From Candidatus Bathyarchaeia archaeon (GTDB lineage Archaea > Thermoproteota > Bathyarchaeia > Bathyarchaeales > Bathycorpusculaceae), in the NCBI GenBank assembly GCA_038883655.1, contig JAVZLQ010000002.1:32001-96000 (forward strand): a stretch of 64,000 nucleotides of DNA, given 5' to 3'. Positions 10,005-19,300 of this stretch are shown here, piece by piece. Below the pieces are notes generated by a model, which worked only from the letters and a program-made list of their open reading frames with translations, ran no database searches and had not been told where the DNA came from. Both the position numbers and the translations under genes were made by a program. Position 1 is the first letter of the stretch; every line of letters begins with the position of its first letter.

Positions 10005-10712
10005 TCACCCCTCAAACGGCGTTTTCAACACTTCCTTAACTTTCGCGGTTATCTTCGATCCAAGGCCATAAACAGTTTTAGACCAATCATCCACGCTTAT
10101 TAAGGCGTTTAACGGCGTCTGATAGGATTTAAGTATTGCTATTGCTTTTTCCCTTCCAATGTTGGGCAAACTTGCAATAAAGTATATTTGGGCATCCGAA
10201 ATTGTTTCGCATCTTTTGGCTGGATGAACCGTTGGAATCCTCTTTTCAACAATCTGTTCTTGGCGGGCTGCAACGTAAAGAAAATCAACAGTTTCCTTGT
10301 GAGAGGTAGTGTTTACTATAGCCACACCGTTCTTTGCAAGATTAAAGAGCGCTCCCCAAACGGACACGGGTTGGATTCTGCTAAACTTGTAAATTATTGG
10401 CAAATAACCCTCCAAAAGAATAAGCGACTTCGGATAAACATCCTTCAAAGTGAAAAGCTGTTCGAAAAGGTAACGATGCGTAAGCGTATAAACAAAGTCC
10501 TGAACAGTTTTCCTTTCAACAGCACACTCATCAGACAAAACGTAGTCACCCTTATCCAACGTTTCAATCCTAACGTTAACGCCCCGCTCCCTAAGCCCCT
10601 TAACAATTTTCGCCGCAGAATTAGCCTCACGGCTATCAACAATAATTGTCGGTTCATGCTCATCGCACTTTTTCTCTTTCAAGTATGGAACCAAACTTTC
10701 AGTCCCTAACAT
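10005..10712 (-). CDS. xpf: Short XPF/ERCC4-domain structure-specific nuclease
   Basis: IIVDSRE, GDY...VERKT..D nuclease motif, C-terminal HhH (LPNIGREKA); no helicase domain. Confidence 0.88.
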   Translation of the reverse strand: MLGTESLVPYLKEKKCDEHEPTIIVDSREANSAAKIVKGLRERGVNVRIETLDKGDYVLSDECAVERKTVQDFVYTLTHRYLFEQLFTLKDVYPKSLILLEGYLPIIYKFSRIQPVSVWGALFNLAKNGVAIVNTTSHKETVDFLYVAARQEQIVEKRIPTVHPAKRCETISDAQIYFIASLPNIGREKAIAILKSYQTPLNALISVDDWSKTVYGLGSKITAKVKEVLKTPFEG

Positions 10713-10824
10713 AAACTCAACTCAATTTGTGTATACTAAACAGAAACTAATAGTTTCTCTTTGATAAAACTTAACTCTGCCAACTCAAAGTTACTGAAAT
10801 ATATAAAAATGAGAGGTGGTGGAG

Positions 10825-12129
10825 TTATGGGCCTTTTTTTGTTATTTCTTTGACCACTCCAGCGGCTATTGTTGTGCCCATGTCTCTAACTGCAAATCGT
10901 CCCAGTTCTGGAAAGTCAGTGTAGGTTTCGATGGCTATTGGGTGAAGAGGCTCCATACGCACTAATGCGGCGTCACCAGTCTTTAGGAAAGACGGCTTTT
11001 CTTCGACAACCTGTCCTGAACGTGGGTCAATCTTTCTAATGAGCTCTGTGAATCTGCATGCCACCTGTCCAGTGTGGTAGTGTAGTACTGGCGTGTAGCC
11101 AGCCGCAATAGCCGTGGGGTGGTAAATCACAATTATTTGTCCAATAAACTCCTTAGCCACTGTTGGTGGATTGCTTACATGTCCACATACGTCTCCGCGG
11201 CGCAGGTCGGTTTTGGCTATGCCCCTAACGTTAAAGCCTATGTTGTCGCCTGGTTCTGCCCTTGGTATGCGCTGGTGGTGCATTTCTATGGACTTAACTT
11301 CGCCTTGCTTGTTGGCTGGCATAAAGATGACCACGTCACCTTCTTTTAGAACGCCAGTTTCAACCCTGCCAACTGGGACTGTGCCGACGCCGGTGATGCT
11401 GTAGACGTCCTGAACTGGAATGCGTAATGGCTTATCTAATGGTTTTGGCGGAACCTCAAAGGTGTCCAAAGCTTCAAGCAGCGTTGGACCTTTGTACCAT
11501 GGCATTTTGTCGCTTTGTTTAACGAGGTTATCTCCAGTCCACCCTGAAGTTGGTACAAACGGGATTTTCTCAACTTTGTAGCCGACCATCCTGAGCATTC
11601 GGCTAACTTCATTTTTAATCTCGTTGTAGCGTTCTTCGCTCCAATTCACAGAAGCGTCGTCCATCTTGTTAACGGCAACAACCAATTGGCGAACACCCAA
11701 AGTGAACGCCAAGAAAGCATGCTCTCTCGTTTGTCCACCAGGACCAATGCCCGCTTCAAATTCGCCTCTTTTCGCTGATACGAAGAGTATGGCACCGTCT
11801 GCTTGGCTTGCACCAGTAATCATGTTTTTAACGAAGTCTCTATGTCCAGGAGCATCGATAACTGTGAAATAGTACTTTTTGGTTTCGAACTTTAGGAATC
11901 GAAGGTCTATTGTTAAGCCCCTCTCCCTTTCTTCCTTAAGGTTGTCAAGGATCCATGCGAACTTGAATGTTTCCTTTCCAAGCTTCCTAGCCTCTTCTTC
12001 ATATTGCTTCACTGTTCTGTCGTCAACGACACCTGCCAAGTACAGCAAGTGCCCAGTCGTTGTTGATTTTCCATGGTCAACGTGTCCCATGATCACTAGG
12101 TTCAAGTGTGGCTTTTCTGGTCTGCTCAT
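10825..12129 (-). CDS. tuf: Translation elongation factor EF-1alpha
   Basis: [39 protein letters not shown]. Confidence 0.99.
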   Translation of the reverse strand: MSRPEKPHLNLVIMGHVDHGKSTTTGHLLYLAGVVDDRTVKQYEEEARKLGKETFKFAWILDNLKEERERGLTIDLRFLKFETKKYYFTVIDAPGHRDFVKNMITGASQADGAILFVSAKRGEFEAGIGPGGQTREHAFLAFTLGVRQLVVAVNKMDDASVNWSEERYNEIKNEVSRMLRMVGYKVEKIPFVPTSGWTGDNLVKQSDKMPWYKGPTLLEALDTFEVPPKPLDKPLRIPVQDVYSITGVGTVPVGRVETGVLKEGDVVIFMPANKQGEVKSIEMHHQRIPRAEPGDNIGFNVRGIAKTDLRRGDVCGHVSNPPTVAKEFIGQIIVIYHPTAIAAGYTPVLHYHTGQVACRFTELIRKIDPRSGQVVEEKPSFLKTGDAALVRMEPLHPIAIETYTDFPELGRFAVRDMGTTIAAGVVKEITKKGP

Positions 12130-12278
12130 CCTCTTTCCTCCGCCATTTACTTTCTAAACCTAAACTTTTTAGTGGATTCGTTTACACAACTGTTTAATCA
12201 ATTATTTAAATATAACCGTTTAGCGGAAATCAGAAAAACTAATATTCAAATCGAGGAAACTTATAAACGGTGTGAAAG

Positions 12279-12593
12279 ATGCCCATAGACCCAGATTTCC
12301 AAAAGAAGCGAATAGTTGTAAATCAGCATCAGGGACATAACGTTTGGGGACCGGTTGAACCGCCGACGAAGCTTGGCATACATGGAACAAACGTGGCTGT
12401 TGACTGGGACATATGTACGGGAGATGGTGTATGCATAGAAGTTTGTCCAGTAAGCGTCTTCGATTGGGCTGATGCTCCTGGACATCCAACATCTGAAAAG
12501 AAGTCTGATCCTGTGCGTGAAAAGGATTGCATCCAATGTCTCGCATGTGAAACGCAGTGTCCAACTCAAGCCATAAAAATAACCCCACCATAA
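12279..12593 (+). CDS. zfx: Zinc-containing ferredoxin (7Fe type)
   Basis: N-terminal extension IDPDF...HQGH.VWGPVEPP.KLGIHGT; CxxDxxCxxxCP and CxxCxxCxxxCP; closely resembles the Sulfolobales Zn-ferredoxin. Confidence 0.9.
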   Translation: MPIDPDFQKKRIVVNQHQGHNVWGPVEPPTKLGIHGTNVAVDWDICTGDGVCIEVCPVSVFDWADAPGHPTSEKKSDPVREKDCIQCLACETQCPTQAIKITPP

Positions 12594-12674
12594 AACAGCG
12601 AATTTAATATATTCCCATTTCTTCCATGTATGTTACCAAAAAATAGGGATAGGCGAGTTGGATTAGACTCAAAT

Positions 12675-13295
12675 TTAGCGTAAAGTTTCTTCGAGTCTTT
12701 TGTTTACAGCATCCCAGTTTACAATGTTCCAGAAAGCCTCAACAAACTTTGCCCTCTCATTCTTATAGTCTATGTAGTAGGCATGCTCAAAGACATCCAA
12801 GACCATTAAAATTCTAAACATGGGGTAAACGTTCATGTTATGCTTCTCTATCTGCATAATTATTGGTCTACCTGTCTGCTTACAGAAAGCCAGCGCCGCC
12901 CATCCAGAGCCTTCAACGCTAACAGCCGCTTGCGTAAATTCCTTCCTAAACCTTTCAAAACTTTTGAACTCCTTCTCAATCGCGTCTCCTATAATGCCTC
13001 CTGGTTTTCCGCCCCCCTCGCTTGCTGGAGCCAAGTTCTCCCAGAAAAGCGAGTGCAACAAATGTCCGCCAATGTTAAAAGATAACTCTTTTAACGTGGC
13101 TTTCATGTCTAAATCAATGTTTTCCTTTCTTGCGTTGTCAAGTTTTTGAAGTATGGCGTTGGCACCATTAACATATGCTTGATGATGTTTGCTGTGGTGT
13201 ATGCGTAACTGTTCTTCTGACATGTGTGGCATCAAGTCTCCGTATGCATAGGATAGTTTTGGCAAAACGTAAAACCTGTTCTGTTCCATACGCAT
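12675..13295 (-). CDS. sod: Fe/Mn superoxide dismutase
   Basis: [28 protein letters not shown]. Confidence 0.96.
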   Translation of the reverse strand: MRMEQNRFYVLPKLSYAYGDLMPHMSEEQLRIHHSKHHQAYVNGANAILQKLDNARKENIDLDMKATLKELSFNIGGHLLHSLFWENLAPASEGGGKPGGIIGDAIEKEFKSFERFRKEFTQAAVSVEGSGWAALAFCKQTGRPIIMQIEKHNMNVYPMFRILMVLDVFEHAYYIDYKNERAKFVEAFWNIVNWDAVNKRLEETLR

Positions 13296-13355
13296 CCACG
13301 CAATAACATCTCGTTTTACCTGTTATATATCTTTGCCAACTCCGCAGCAACCATT

Positions 13356-13640
13356 TCAGCGTCTGGTTAGCTCTTCCACTTCTTTCTTGCCCTTTTCTAA
13401 CTCTTCCACTTGTTCCTTGTCAAGTCTCAAGAGCAATGCTTGAAACTCTCCGAAATGTGTTTTCTCCTCTCTGGCAATTTCTAAAAACACTTCCTTTAAG
13501 TCCTCATTTTCGGTTGAGGCAGCTAACTGTTCGTAAAGGTTTATTGCATCCAACTCCGCAATTATGCCAACGCGCAACGTCTCCAAGTCGACTTCACGTT
13601 TACTCAATTTCGAAATTGATGACGGAATTGTTGACAACAT
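13356..13640 (-). CDS. Encapsulin-associated-type ferritin-like protein (Flp/EncFtn family)
   Basis: IIAELDAINLYEQ...IAREEKTHFGEF.ALLLRLD.EQ; SD-like GGGAGGTG upstream. Confidence 0.82.
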   Translation of the reverse strand: MLSTIPSSISKLSKREVDLETLRVGIIAELDAINLYEQLAASTENEDLKEVFLEIAREEKTHFGEFQALLLRLDKEQVEELEKGKKEVEELTRR

Positions 13641-13719
13641 GTCGGTCTAACACCTCCCTTTCTTCTTAATATGATGCGCATATCTTAAATAGGCATGCTC
13701 ATAAAACTTTACATCAACA

Positions 13720-13893
13720 ATGGTGAAGACTTTGGAAAAGTGGGAGTGCACAATATGCGGTTACATTTACGACCCGGAGGTTGGCGATGAAGAGCATGGA
13801 ATACCGCCTGGAACACCATTTGAAAAGCTTCCAGAAGATTGGGTTTGCCCAATTTGCGGAGCACCGAAAGACCAGTTTTCAAAAAAGGCATAG
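13720..13893 (+). CDS. Rubredoxin
   Basis: Below ORF-track cutoff. [57 protein letters not shown]. Confidence 0.97.
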   Translation: MVKTLEKWECTICGYIYDPEVGDEEHGIPPGTPFEKLPEDWVCPICGAPKDQFSKKA

Positions 13894-13962
13894 TAGAAAC
13901 TTTTTATCTAGCTAAATCCAACATTCATATGCGAGTCGAAGGTGTTTTGTGAAGGTTTAACC

Positions 13963-16056
13963 ATGCCGATTACAAAGATAAGGAAAAGGGATGGAAAACT
14001 CGCGGATTTTGACCCTGACAGGATTAAGGATGCCGTTCACAAGGCTTTTATTGCCGTTGAGTTGGGAGACGGTGAAAAGGCGGAAGCTATAACGAGGGAA
14101 GTTGTCAAAATTTTAGAGGAAAAATTTAGGGAGAAGATCCCATCCGTCGAAGATGCGCAAGACGCGGTTATCGAAGTTTTGAGAAGAAGCGGCTATGAAA
14201 GGGTTGCGGAAGAATATAAAGCCTATAGGGAAAAGAAGGACGAAATTAGAAGTTTAAGGCAAACACTTGGCATACCCGAACCAAAACTAACAGTTAACGC
14301 GCTAGAAGTTTTGAACAGAAGGTATCTCCTAAAAGACGAGGCTGAAAAAATCATTGAAACTCCAAGCCAAATGTTCATGAGAGTAGCAAAAGCCATAGCA
14401 AAAGTTGATAAAGAATACGGCGAAAGTCCGAAAGAAAGCGAAAAAATTTTTTATGGGATGATGGCGCGACTCGAGTTTATACCCAACTCTCCAACACTTT
14501 TCAACGCGGGAACAGAATTAGGTCAGCTTTCTGCATGCTTCGTCTTACCAGTTGAAGATTCTTTAGAGAGTATTTTCACGGCTGTTAAAAACATGGCTTT
14601 AATCGAAAAAAGTGGTGGAGGTGTGGGATTCGACTTCTCCAAGCTTAGGCCAAACGGGGACATTGTGAGGTCAACGAAGGGCGTTGCGTCTGGTCCAGTA
14701 AGTTTCATGAGGGTTTTTGACACAGCTACGGAAGTGATTAAGGCTGGTGGAAAACGTAGAGGCGCCATGATGGGAATTTTGCGTGTTGACCACCCAGACA
14801 TTGTTGAGTTCATCACTTCAAAGCAGAAGCCTGGCTTTCTCTCAAACTTTAATATTTCAGTTGCGGTTACAGACGAGTTCATGAGCAACGTGGAGAATGA
14901 TGAGGAGTATTGGCTCGTAAACCCCAGAAACAGGGAAAGAGTGAAGAAGCTTAAAGCCAGAAATATTTGGAATTTGATGGCAGAATCGGCATGGGCAAGC
15001 GGAGATCCTGGCGTGATATTCATAGACGAGATTAATAGGCATAATCCAACGCCAGAGGTGGGCAAAATAGAAGCCACAAATCCGTGTGGTGAGCAACCGC
15101 TCTTGCCTTACGAATCATGTAATTTGGGTTCCATTAATCTTTCAAGGATGGTTGTGAACGGCAAAGTGGATTGGGATAAGCTTAGAGAGACCGTGCGGAA
15201 TGCTGTTCACTTTCTTGATAATGTTATTGATGCGAATAAGTATCCTTTGAAGGAGATAGAAGTCATCACAAGGGCTAATAGGAAGATAGGTTTGGGCGTT
15301 ATGGGTTTTGCCGACATGCTAATTAAGCTTGGGATTCGCTATGATTCTGAAGAAGCCTTACAGCTTGCTGAAAAACTTATGAAGTTCATCGACGAGGAAG
15401 CGCACAAAAAGTCTATGGAGATTGCTGAGGAACGCGGCTCTTTTCCAAACTTTGAGAAAAGCATTTGGAAAGATAGGTATAAGGCTATGCGCAATGCCAC
15501 TGTAACAACAATAGCGCCGACTGGAAGCATAAGCATAATTGCTGGGTGCTCTTCTGGAATTGAACCAATATTTGCAATCTCGTTCATAAGAAACGTGCTT
15601 GGTGGAACAAGGCTTTTTGAGACTAACCCGCTTTTTGAGTTGGTGGCAAAAGAAAGAGGCTTTTACAGTGCCAAACTTCTGGAGGAAATTGCTAAAACTG
15701 GTTCTGTACAGAAAATTGACAGTGTTCCAGAGGATGTTAAGAGGATATTTGTCACAGCGTTAGATATTGCTCCAGAATGGCACGTAAGGATGCAAGCAGC
15801 TTTCCAGAAGTATACTGATAATGCTGTTTCAAAAACTGTTAACATGCCAACAAACGCGACGGTTGAAGATGTTAAAAGGGTTTACGAGCTGGCTTGGAGA
15901 CTGAAATGCAAAGGTATAACGGTATTCCGTTATGGAAGTAAGCCGGAACAAGTGTTGTACATAGGCGAGGTCAAAGCAAAAGAAGCGAAGTTTGTGGCTG
16001 CTGAGTCTGAATACGCTGGTGGATGTCCAACAAAAACTTGTCCGTTTCCAGGCTAG
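13963..16056 (+). CDS. nrdJ: Class II (adenosylcobalamin-dependent) ribonucleotide reductase with N-terminal ATP cone
   Basis: KIRKRDG ATP cone, [29 protein letters not shown]-terminal CxxxxC; no small-subunit gene nearby. Confidence 0.93.
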   Translation: MPITKIRKRDGKLADFDPDRIKDAVHKAFIAVELGDGEKAEAITREVVKILEEKFREKIPSVEDAQDAVIEVLRRSGYERVAEEYKAYREKKDEIRSLRQTLGIPEPKLTVNALEVLNRRYLLKDEAEKIIETPSQMFMRVAKAIAKVDKEYGESPKESEKIFYGMMARLEFIPNSPTLFNAGTELGQLSACFVLPVEDSLESIFTAVKNMALIEKSGGGVGFDFSKLRPNGDIVRSTKGVASGPVSFMRVFDTATEVIKAGGKRRGAMMGILRVDHPDIVEFITSKQKPGFLSNFNISVAVTDEFMSNVENDEEYWLVNPRNRERVKKLKARNIWNLMAESAWASGDPGVIFIDEINRHNPTPEVGKIEATNPCGEQPLLPYESCNLGSINLSRMVVNGKVDWDKLRETVRNAVHFLDNVIDANKYPLKEIEVITRANRKIGLGVMGFADMLIKLGIRYDSEEALQLAEKLMKFIDEEAHKKSMEIAEERGSFPNFEKSIWKDRYKAMRNATVTTIAPTGSISIIAGCSSGIEPIFAISFIRNVLGGTRLFETNPLFELVAKERGFYSAKLLEEIAKTGSVQKIDSVPEDVKRIFVTALDIAPEWHVRMQAAFQKYTDNAVSKTVNMPTNATVEDVKRVYELAWRLKCKGITVFRYGSKPEQVLYIGEVKAKEAKFVAAESEYAGGCPTKTCPFPG

Positions 16057-16067
16057 AGTGAGGCACC

Positions 16068-16382
16068 CTATTTTTGTATTTGTATTTCTCTGTTCTCTAT
16101 TATGGCTTTGACGATTTTCTCTCTTGCGCTTTCAACTAGACGCCAAACAGTGTTCCGTGAAACACCCATTTTTGCTCCCGCTTCTTCAAAAGAAAATCTC
16201 TCTAGGTCTATCAGTCTTAAGGCTTCAACTTCAGCCAAGTCCAACGTTATTGGATCCGCGTTTCCAAGTGGCGTTGGAACAAGTTTTTGAGTTGTAAATG
16301 TCGACGTGATTGTTATTGGTTTTGGTGGTCTTCCAACGCGTCCACATCGGCGTCTTCTTCTATGACAGCAATAGTAGTTCAT
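16068..16382 (-). CDS. DUF134-family sigma70-region-4-like HTH protein
   Basis: GRPPKP...[43 protein letters not shown]. Confidence 0.88.
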   Translation of the reverse strand: MNYYCCHRRRRRCGRVGRPPKPITITSTFTTQKLVPTPLGNADPITLDLAEVEALRLIDLERFSFEEAGAKMGVSRNTVWRLVESAREKIVKAIIENREIQIQK

Positions 16383-16387
16383 AATTA

Positions 16388-16403
16388 TTGTGATACATCA
16401 CAA
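16388..16403. promoter_or_regulatory. Palindromic operator 1 (TTGTGAT-AC-ATCACAA)
   Basis: 7-bp inverted repeat immediately upstream of the DUF134 start codon. Confidence 0.7.
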
Positions 16404-16424
16404 AACTTTAATAGCTTTCCCCAC

Positions 16425-16446
16425 ATTATGTGATATATCACATAAT
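16425..16446. promoter_or_regulatory. Palindromic operator 2 (ATTATGTGATATATCACATAAT)
   Basis: Perfect 22-bp palindrome sharing the TGTGAT-N2-ATCACA core with operator 1; lies upstream of the SD (GAGGTGA) of the DUF5320-like gene. Confidence 0.75.
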
Positions 16447-16461
16447 AGAGGTGATACAACC

Positions 16462-16686
16462 ATGAGATGGCGTTACACACCAAGAGGATGGTGGTGCCCA
16501 AGACATCCATGGCCTCCAGCATGGGCTAGAGCCTACGCTTATCCACCGACATACTATCCATACGCAGCCGAGCCCCAAGAAGAAATCAAAATGCTAGAGG
16601 ACATGAAAAGAGACTTGGAGTTCGAGTTGTCAGAAATAAACAAGAGAATTGAGGAACTAAAAAGGCTGATTCAAGAAAAGAAATGA
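16462..16686 (+). CDS. DUF5320-like small protein (Arg/Trp/Pro/Tyr-rich N-terminus, C-terminal coiled coil)
   Basis: [19 protein letters not shown]...[27 protein letters not shown]; SD GAGGTGA at 16448-16454; usual partner of DUF134/NifX genes. Confidence 0.72.
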   Translation: MRWRYTPRGWWCPRHPWPPAWARAYAYPPTYYPYAAEPQEEIKMLEDMKRDLEFELSEINKRIEELKRLIQEKK

Positions 16687-16687
16687 T

Positions 16688-17043
16688 GTGAGTATAACAG
16701 CAAAAGCCGAACATTTGCGTGTGGCAGTTGCAACAGAAGGCGACAAAGGCATTGAAGATAAAATCTCACATGGACTCGCAGCAAGACATTTACAATTCTA
16801 GACATTGAAAATGGCGAAATTAAAAAAGTAGAGATAATACAAAACCTTGCAGAATCAGCTAACCACGGCAAAGGTCCAATTTTAGCAAGACACTTGGCAA
16901 ACATTAATGTGGAAGCGGTTATTGCAAGTGAAGTTGATCCTGGAGCTTTGGCAATGCTTAACGTGTACGGAATTAGAGTGTTAAGGGCGACCTACGGTGA
17001 GATTGTTTTGGAAGCTTTGAGGGGCAGCTCACTGATAAGGTAA
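16688..17043 (+). pseudogene. NifB/NifX-family Fe-Mo cofactor-binding-like protein, frameshifted
   Basis: Frame A: ..LRVAVATEGDKGIEDKISHG, then stop at 16799-16801; frame B from about 16776: RSKTFTILDIENGEIKKVEIIQN...HGKGPILARHLAN..VEAVIASEVDPGALAML..GIRV. Total 356 nt, not divisible by 3. Confidence 0.82.
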
Positions 17044-17054
17044 GTTGCTTTAGT

Positions 17055-17471
17055 CTATTGCTCAATTTTGATGTTGTAGCTTGTTTTGACTCCAGCTTTT
17101 TCGAAGAGTTTTCCTACGGGACAGTTTTCCAGCGTTAGTTTGAAGATTTTTTGGATTTGCTCGTTTGTGGCTTCTGCCCTAACGGTAATGTTGAAGCTTG
17201 CTTCTGTTACTGTTCCAGCCTCCTCCGATTTAATTGCTTCAGTTTTCACTTCCAAATCTTTCAGTTGAACACGCATTTTCTTCGCCATCAAAGCAAATAT
17301 TGTTGCAAAACACCCAGCATAACTCATTACACCAAGCTCAAGCGCAGTTGGTCCCATATCCGTTCCGAGTTCTGGCGGAAGGTCTAGGCATACGCTGTGA
17401 GCTCTGCCATCGTCAACGGCTATTCGCAAGTCCTTAACCAGCTTTGCGTTTGCATAAAGTTTCTGCGTCAA
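17055..17471 (-). CDS. OsmC-family protein
   Basis: DLPPELGTDMGPTALEL...AGC...NCPV two-Cys pattern. Confidence 0.88.
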   Translation of the reverse strand: MTQKLYANAKLVKDLRIAVDDGRAHSVCLDLPPELGTDMGPTALELGVMSYAGCFATIFALMAKKMRVQLKDLEVKTEAIKSEEAGTVTEASFNITVRAEATNEQIQKIFKLTLENCPVGKLFEKAGVKTSYNIKIEQ

Positions 17472-17504
17472 AAATTTTCACCTCAAAATTTAGATAACTT
17501 CGAC

Positions 17505-18158
17505 CTACGGGAGTTTTTTCTTGCATAGGAACCAGTCTACGCATTCGTAGCCCTCTTGTAAGCGTTTTTCAGCTGCCTCCTGCGTTGTCGGCGGCGGAAC
17601 AATCACTGCGTCTCCTGGACGCCAGTTTGCTGGTAAAGCCACTTTATGCTTGTCGGCTGTTTGCAATGCATCAATAACTCTTAGGATTTCGTCCATGTTT
17701 CTTCCGACGTTCAAGGGATAGTATATCATTGCTCGTAGCTTCATTTCTGGGTCGATGAAGAATACTGCGCGTACCGCGGCTGTGCTGCTCATGCCTGGAT
17801 GTATCATGCCGAAGAGGTTCGCCACTTTCATGTCCAAGTCTGCAATTATTGGGAATGGAATTTCCACGCCGAGCTTTTCCTTTATCCTCCTCACCCATGC
17901 TATGTGGGAGTAGACGCTATCTATGCTTAAGCCTATTAATTGGACGTTCCGCTTTACAAGTTCATTGTAAATTTGTGCGAACGCAACAAACTCTGTTGTG
18001 CAGACTGGCGTGAAATCTGCTGGGTGCGAGAAAAGAATAACCCATTTTCCCTTAAAATCCGAGAGTTTTATAACGCCGTGTGTTGTCACTGCCTCAAAGT
18101 CTGGAACTGGCTCGCCAAGCCCCAACATCTTCATTTTCGCTTCAACTTTTTCCTCCAT
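17505..18158 (-). CDS. Peroxiredoxin (archaeal Prx6-type)
   Basis: [28 protein letters not shown]-terminal CVDWFLC. Confidence 0.96.
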   Translation of the reverse strand: MEEKVEAKMKMLGLGEPVPDFEAVTTHGVIKLSDFKGKWVILFSHPADFTPVCTTEFVAFAQIYNELVKRNVQLIGLSIDSVYSHIAWVRRIKEKLGVEIPFPIIADLDMKVANLFGMIHPGMSSTAAVRAVFFIDPEMKLRAMIYYPLNVGRNMDEILRVIDALQTADKHKVALPANWRPGDAVIVPPPTTQEAAEKRLQEGYECVDWFLCKKKLP

Positions 18159-18197
18159 ACTTTATCACCTCACTACAAATTATATCTGTAGGCATAT

Positions 18198-18701
18198 CTA
18201 GAATTTTCTGAACTTTTCCTTTGGAGCGCCACACACTGGGCATCGGCTTGGCGCCTCACCTTCAACAGTGTAGCCGCACATGTCGCAGATGTAAATAGCG
18301 CCAATCTTCAAGTCCTTATTGTTTTCCACAGCTTGTTTTGCCTTCTGGTACATGCCAGCGTGAACTTTCTCAGCTTGAAGCGCCCAGTTAGTTGTTCTCT
18401 CTGCTCCTTTCTCTTCTTGGAGTTTAGCAACAGCGTTGAATGAAGGATACATTTCATTCACTTCGTAGGTTTCGCCGTCTATGGCTGTCTGCAGATTTTC
18501 TGCTGTGCCGCGAATCATGCCCAAAACATTGTAATGGTTTGCAGCGTGAACTTGCTCAGCGTAGGCTATTGCCCTGAAAAGTCTAGCGACGTTCGGAAAG
18601 CCTTCCTCTTCAGCCTTCTTTGCAAAGATTAAATAGTGCATGTGCGCTTGGCTTTCACCTGAAAATGCAGTTTTCAAATTTTCTTCGGTCATCTTTCTCA
18701 T
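18198..18701 (-). CDS. rbr: Rubrerythrin
   Basis: AFSGESQA, AEQVHA, GETYE, AEKVHA, C-terminal CxxCGY...CPVCG. Confidence 0.96.
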   Translation of the reverse strand: MRKMTEENLKTAFSGESQAHMHYLIFAKKAEEEGFPNVARLFRAIAYAEQVHAANHYNVLGMIRGTAENLQTAIDGETYEVNEMYPSFNAVAKLQEEKGAERTTNWALQAEKVHAGMYQKAKQAVENNKDLKIGAIYICDMCGYTVEGEAPSRCPVCGAPKEKFRKF

Positions 18702-18780
18702 AGCTTATTTCACTCACCATCCTATTTTTTGCCTAAATTTTACGATAAACTTATAAGATTGTCTGAACTTAAAAAGTTTA

Positions 18781-18797
18781 TGTACGAAAATCGGACA
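18781..18797. promoter_or_regulatory. Ptr2/Lrp-like operator TGTACGA-AAA-TCGGACA
   Basis: Imperfect inverted repeat (6/7) between divergent rbr and lrp, abutting a minus-strand AAACTTTTTAAG BRE/TATA-like element. Confidence 0.6.
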
Positions 18798-18844
18798 AAA
18801 ACTTATGAAAAAATATGAAAATCGCATCAAAAGAGGAATAATGC

Positions 18845-19273
18845 ATGATCGATAAACTTGACATGAAAATTCTCCAAATACTCGAGGAAGACGCCAGCAT
18901 ACCATACACTGAAATAGCGCGTAGACTTAGGCTTAACGAGTCAACTGTCCGGAAGCGAGTGGCAGCGCTAAAACAGGCGGGGGTAATAAGAAAGTTTACG
19001 GTGATAATTGAACCCACAAAAATGGGTTTGAACACCGTGGCAATAATAGGCATTGACGTTGACCCGCCAAAACTCTTGGAGGTTGCGCAAAAACTCTGCG
19101 AAATATCAGAAACAAGGTACGTGGCGACATCCACTGGCGACCACATGATAATGACTGAAATATGGACTAGGGATGGAAAGGAACTATCAAAAATAATTTC
19201 AGAGAAGATTGGAACCATCGAAGGTGTGAAGAAAATTTGTCCTTCGATAATACTGGAAAAGCTAAAAGTTTGA
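18845..19273 (+). CDS. Lrp/AsnC regulator, Ptr2/LrpA subfamily
   Basis: HTH YTEIARRL..NESTVRKRV; STGDHMIMTEIW.RDGKE and KIG.IEGVKKICP.IILE as recalled for Ptr2/LrpA. Confidence 0.9.
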   Translation: MIDKLDMKILQILEEDASIPYTEIARRLRLNESTVRKRVAALKQAGVIRKFTVIIEPTKMGLNTVAIIGIDVDPPKLLEVAQKLCEISETRYVATSTGDHMIMTEIWTRDGKELSKIISEKIGTIEGVKKICPSIILEKLKV

Positions 19274-19300
19274 AACAATAAATAACTGGTGTGAAAGCCT

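Noticed and set aside
13665-13690. Weak dyad around ATGCGCAT between flp and rubredoxin
   Set aside because: Short, AT-rich, and no second copy found; could be chance.
13709-13891. Minus-strand 60-aa ORF in the track
   Set aside because: Antisense to the clear rubredoxin gene.
16388-16446. Resemblance of the palindromes to bacterial CRP sites (TGTGA-N6-TCACA)
   Set aside because: The spacer is N4, not N6, and no CRP-family gene is present; kept as a DUF134 candidate operator instead.
19268-19276. GTT-N3-AAC (SurR-like site) upstream of pdo
   Set aside because: Only 6 informative bases, overlaps the lrp stop codon, single copy, and no SurR gene in the window.
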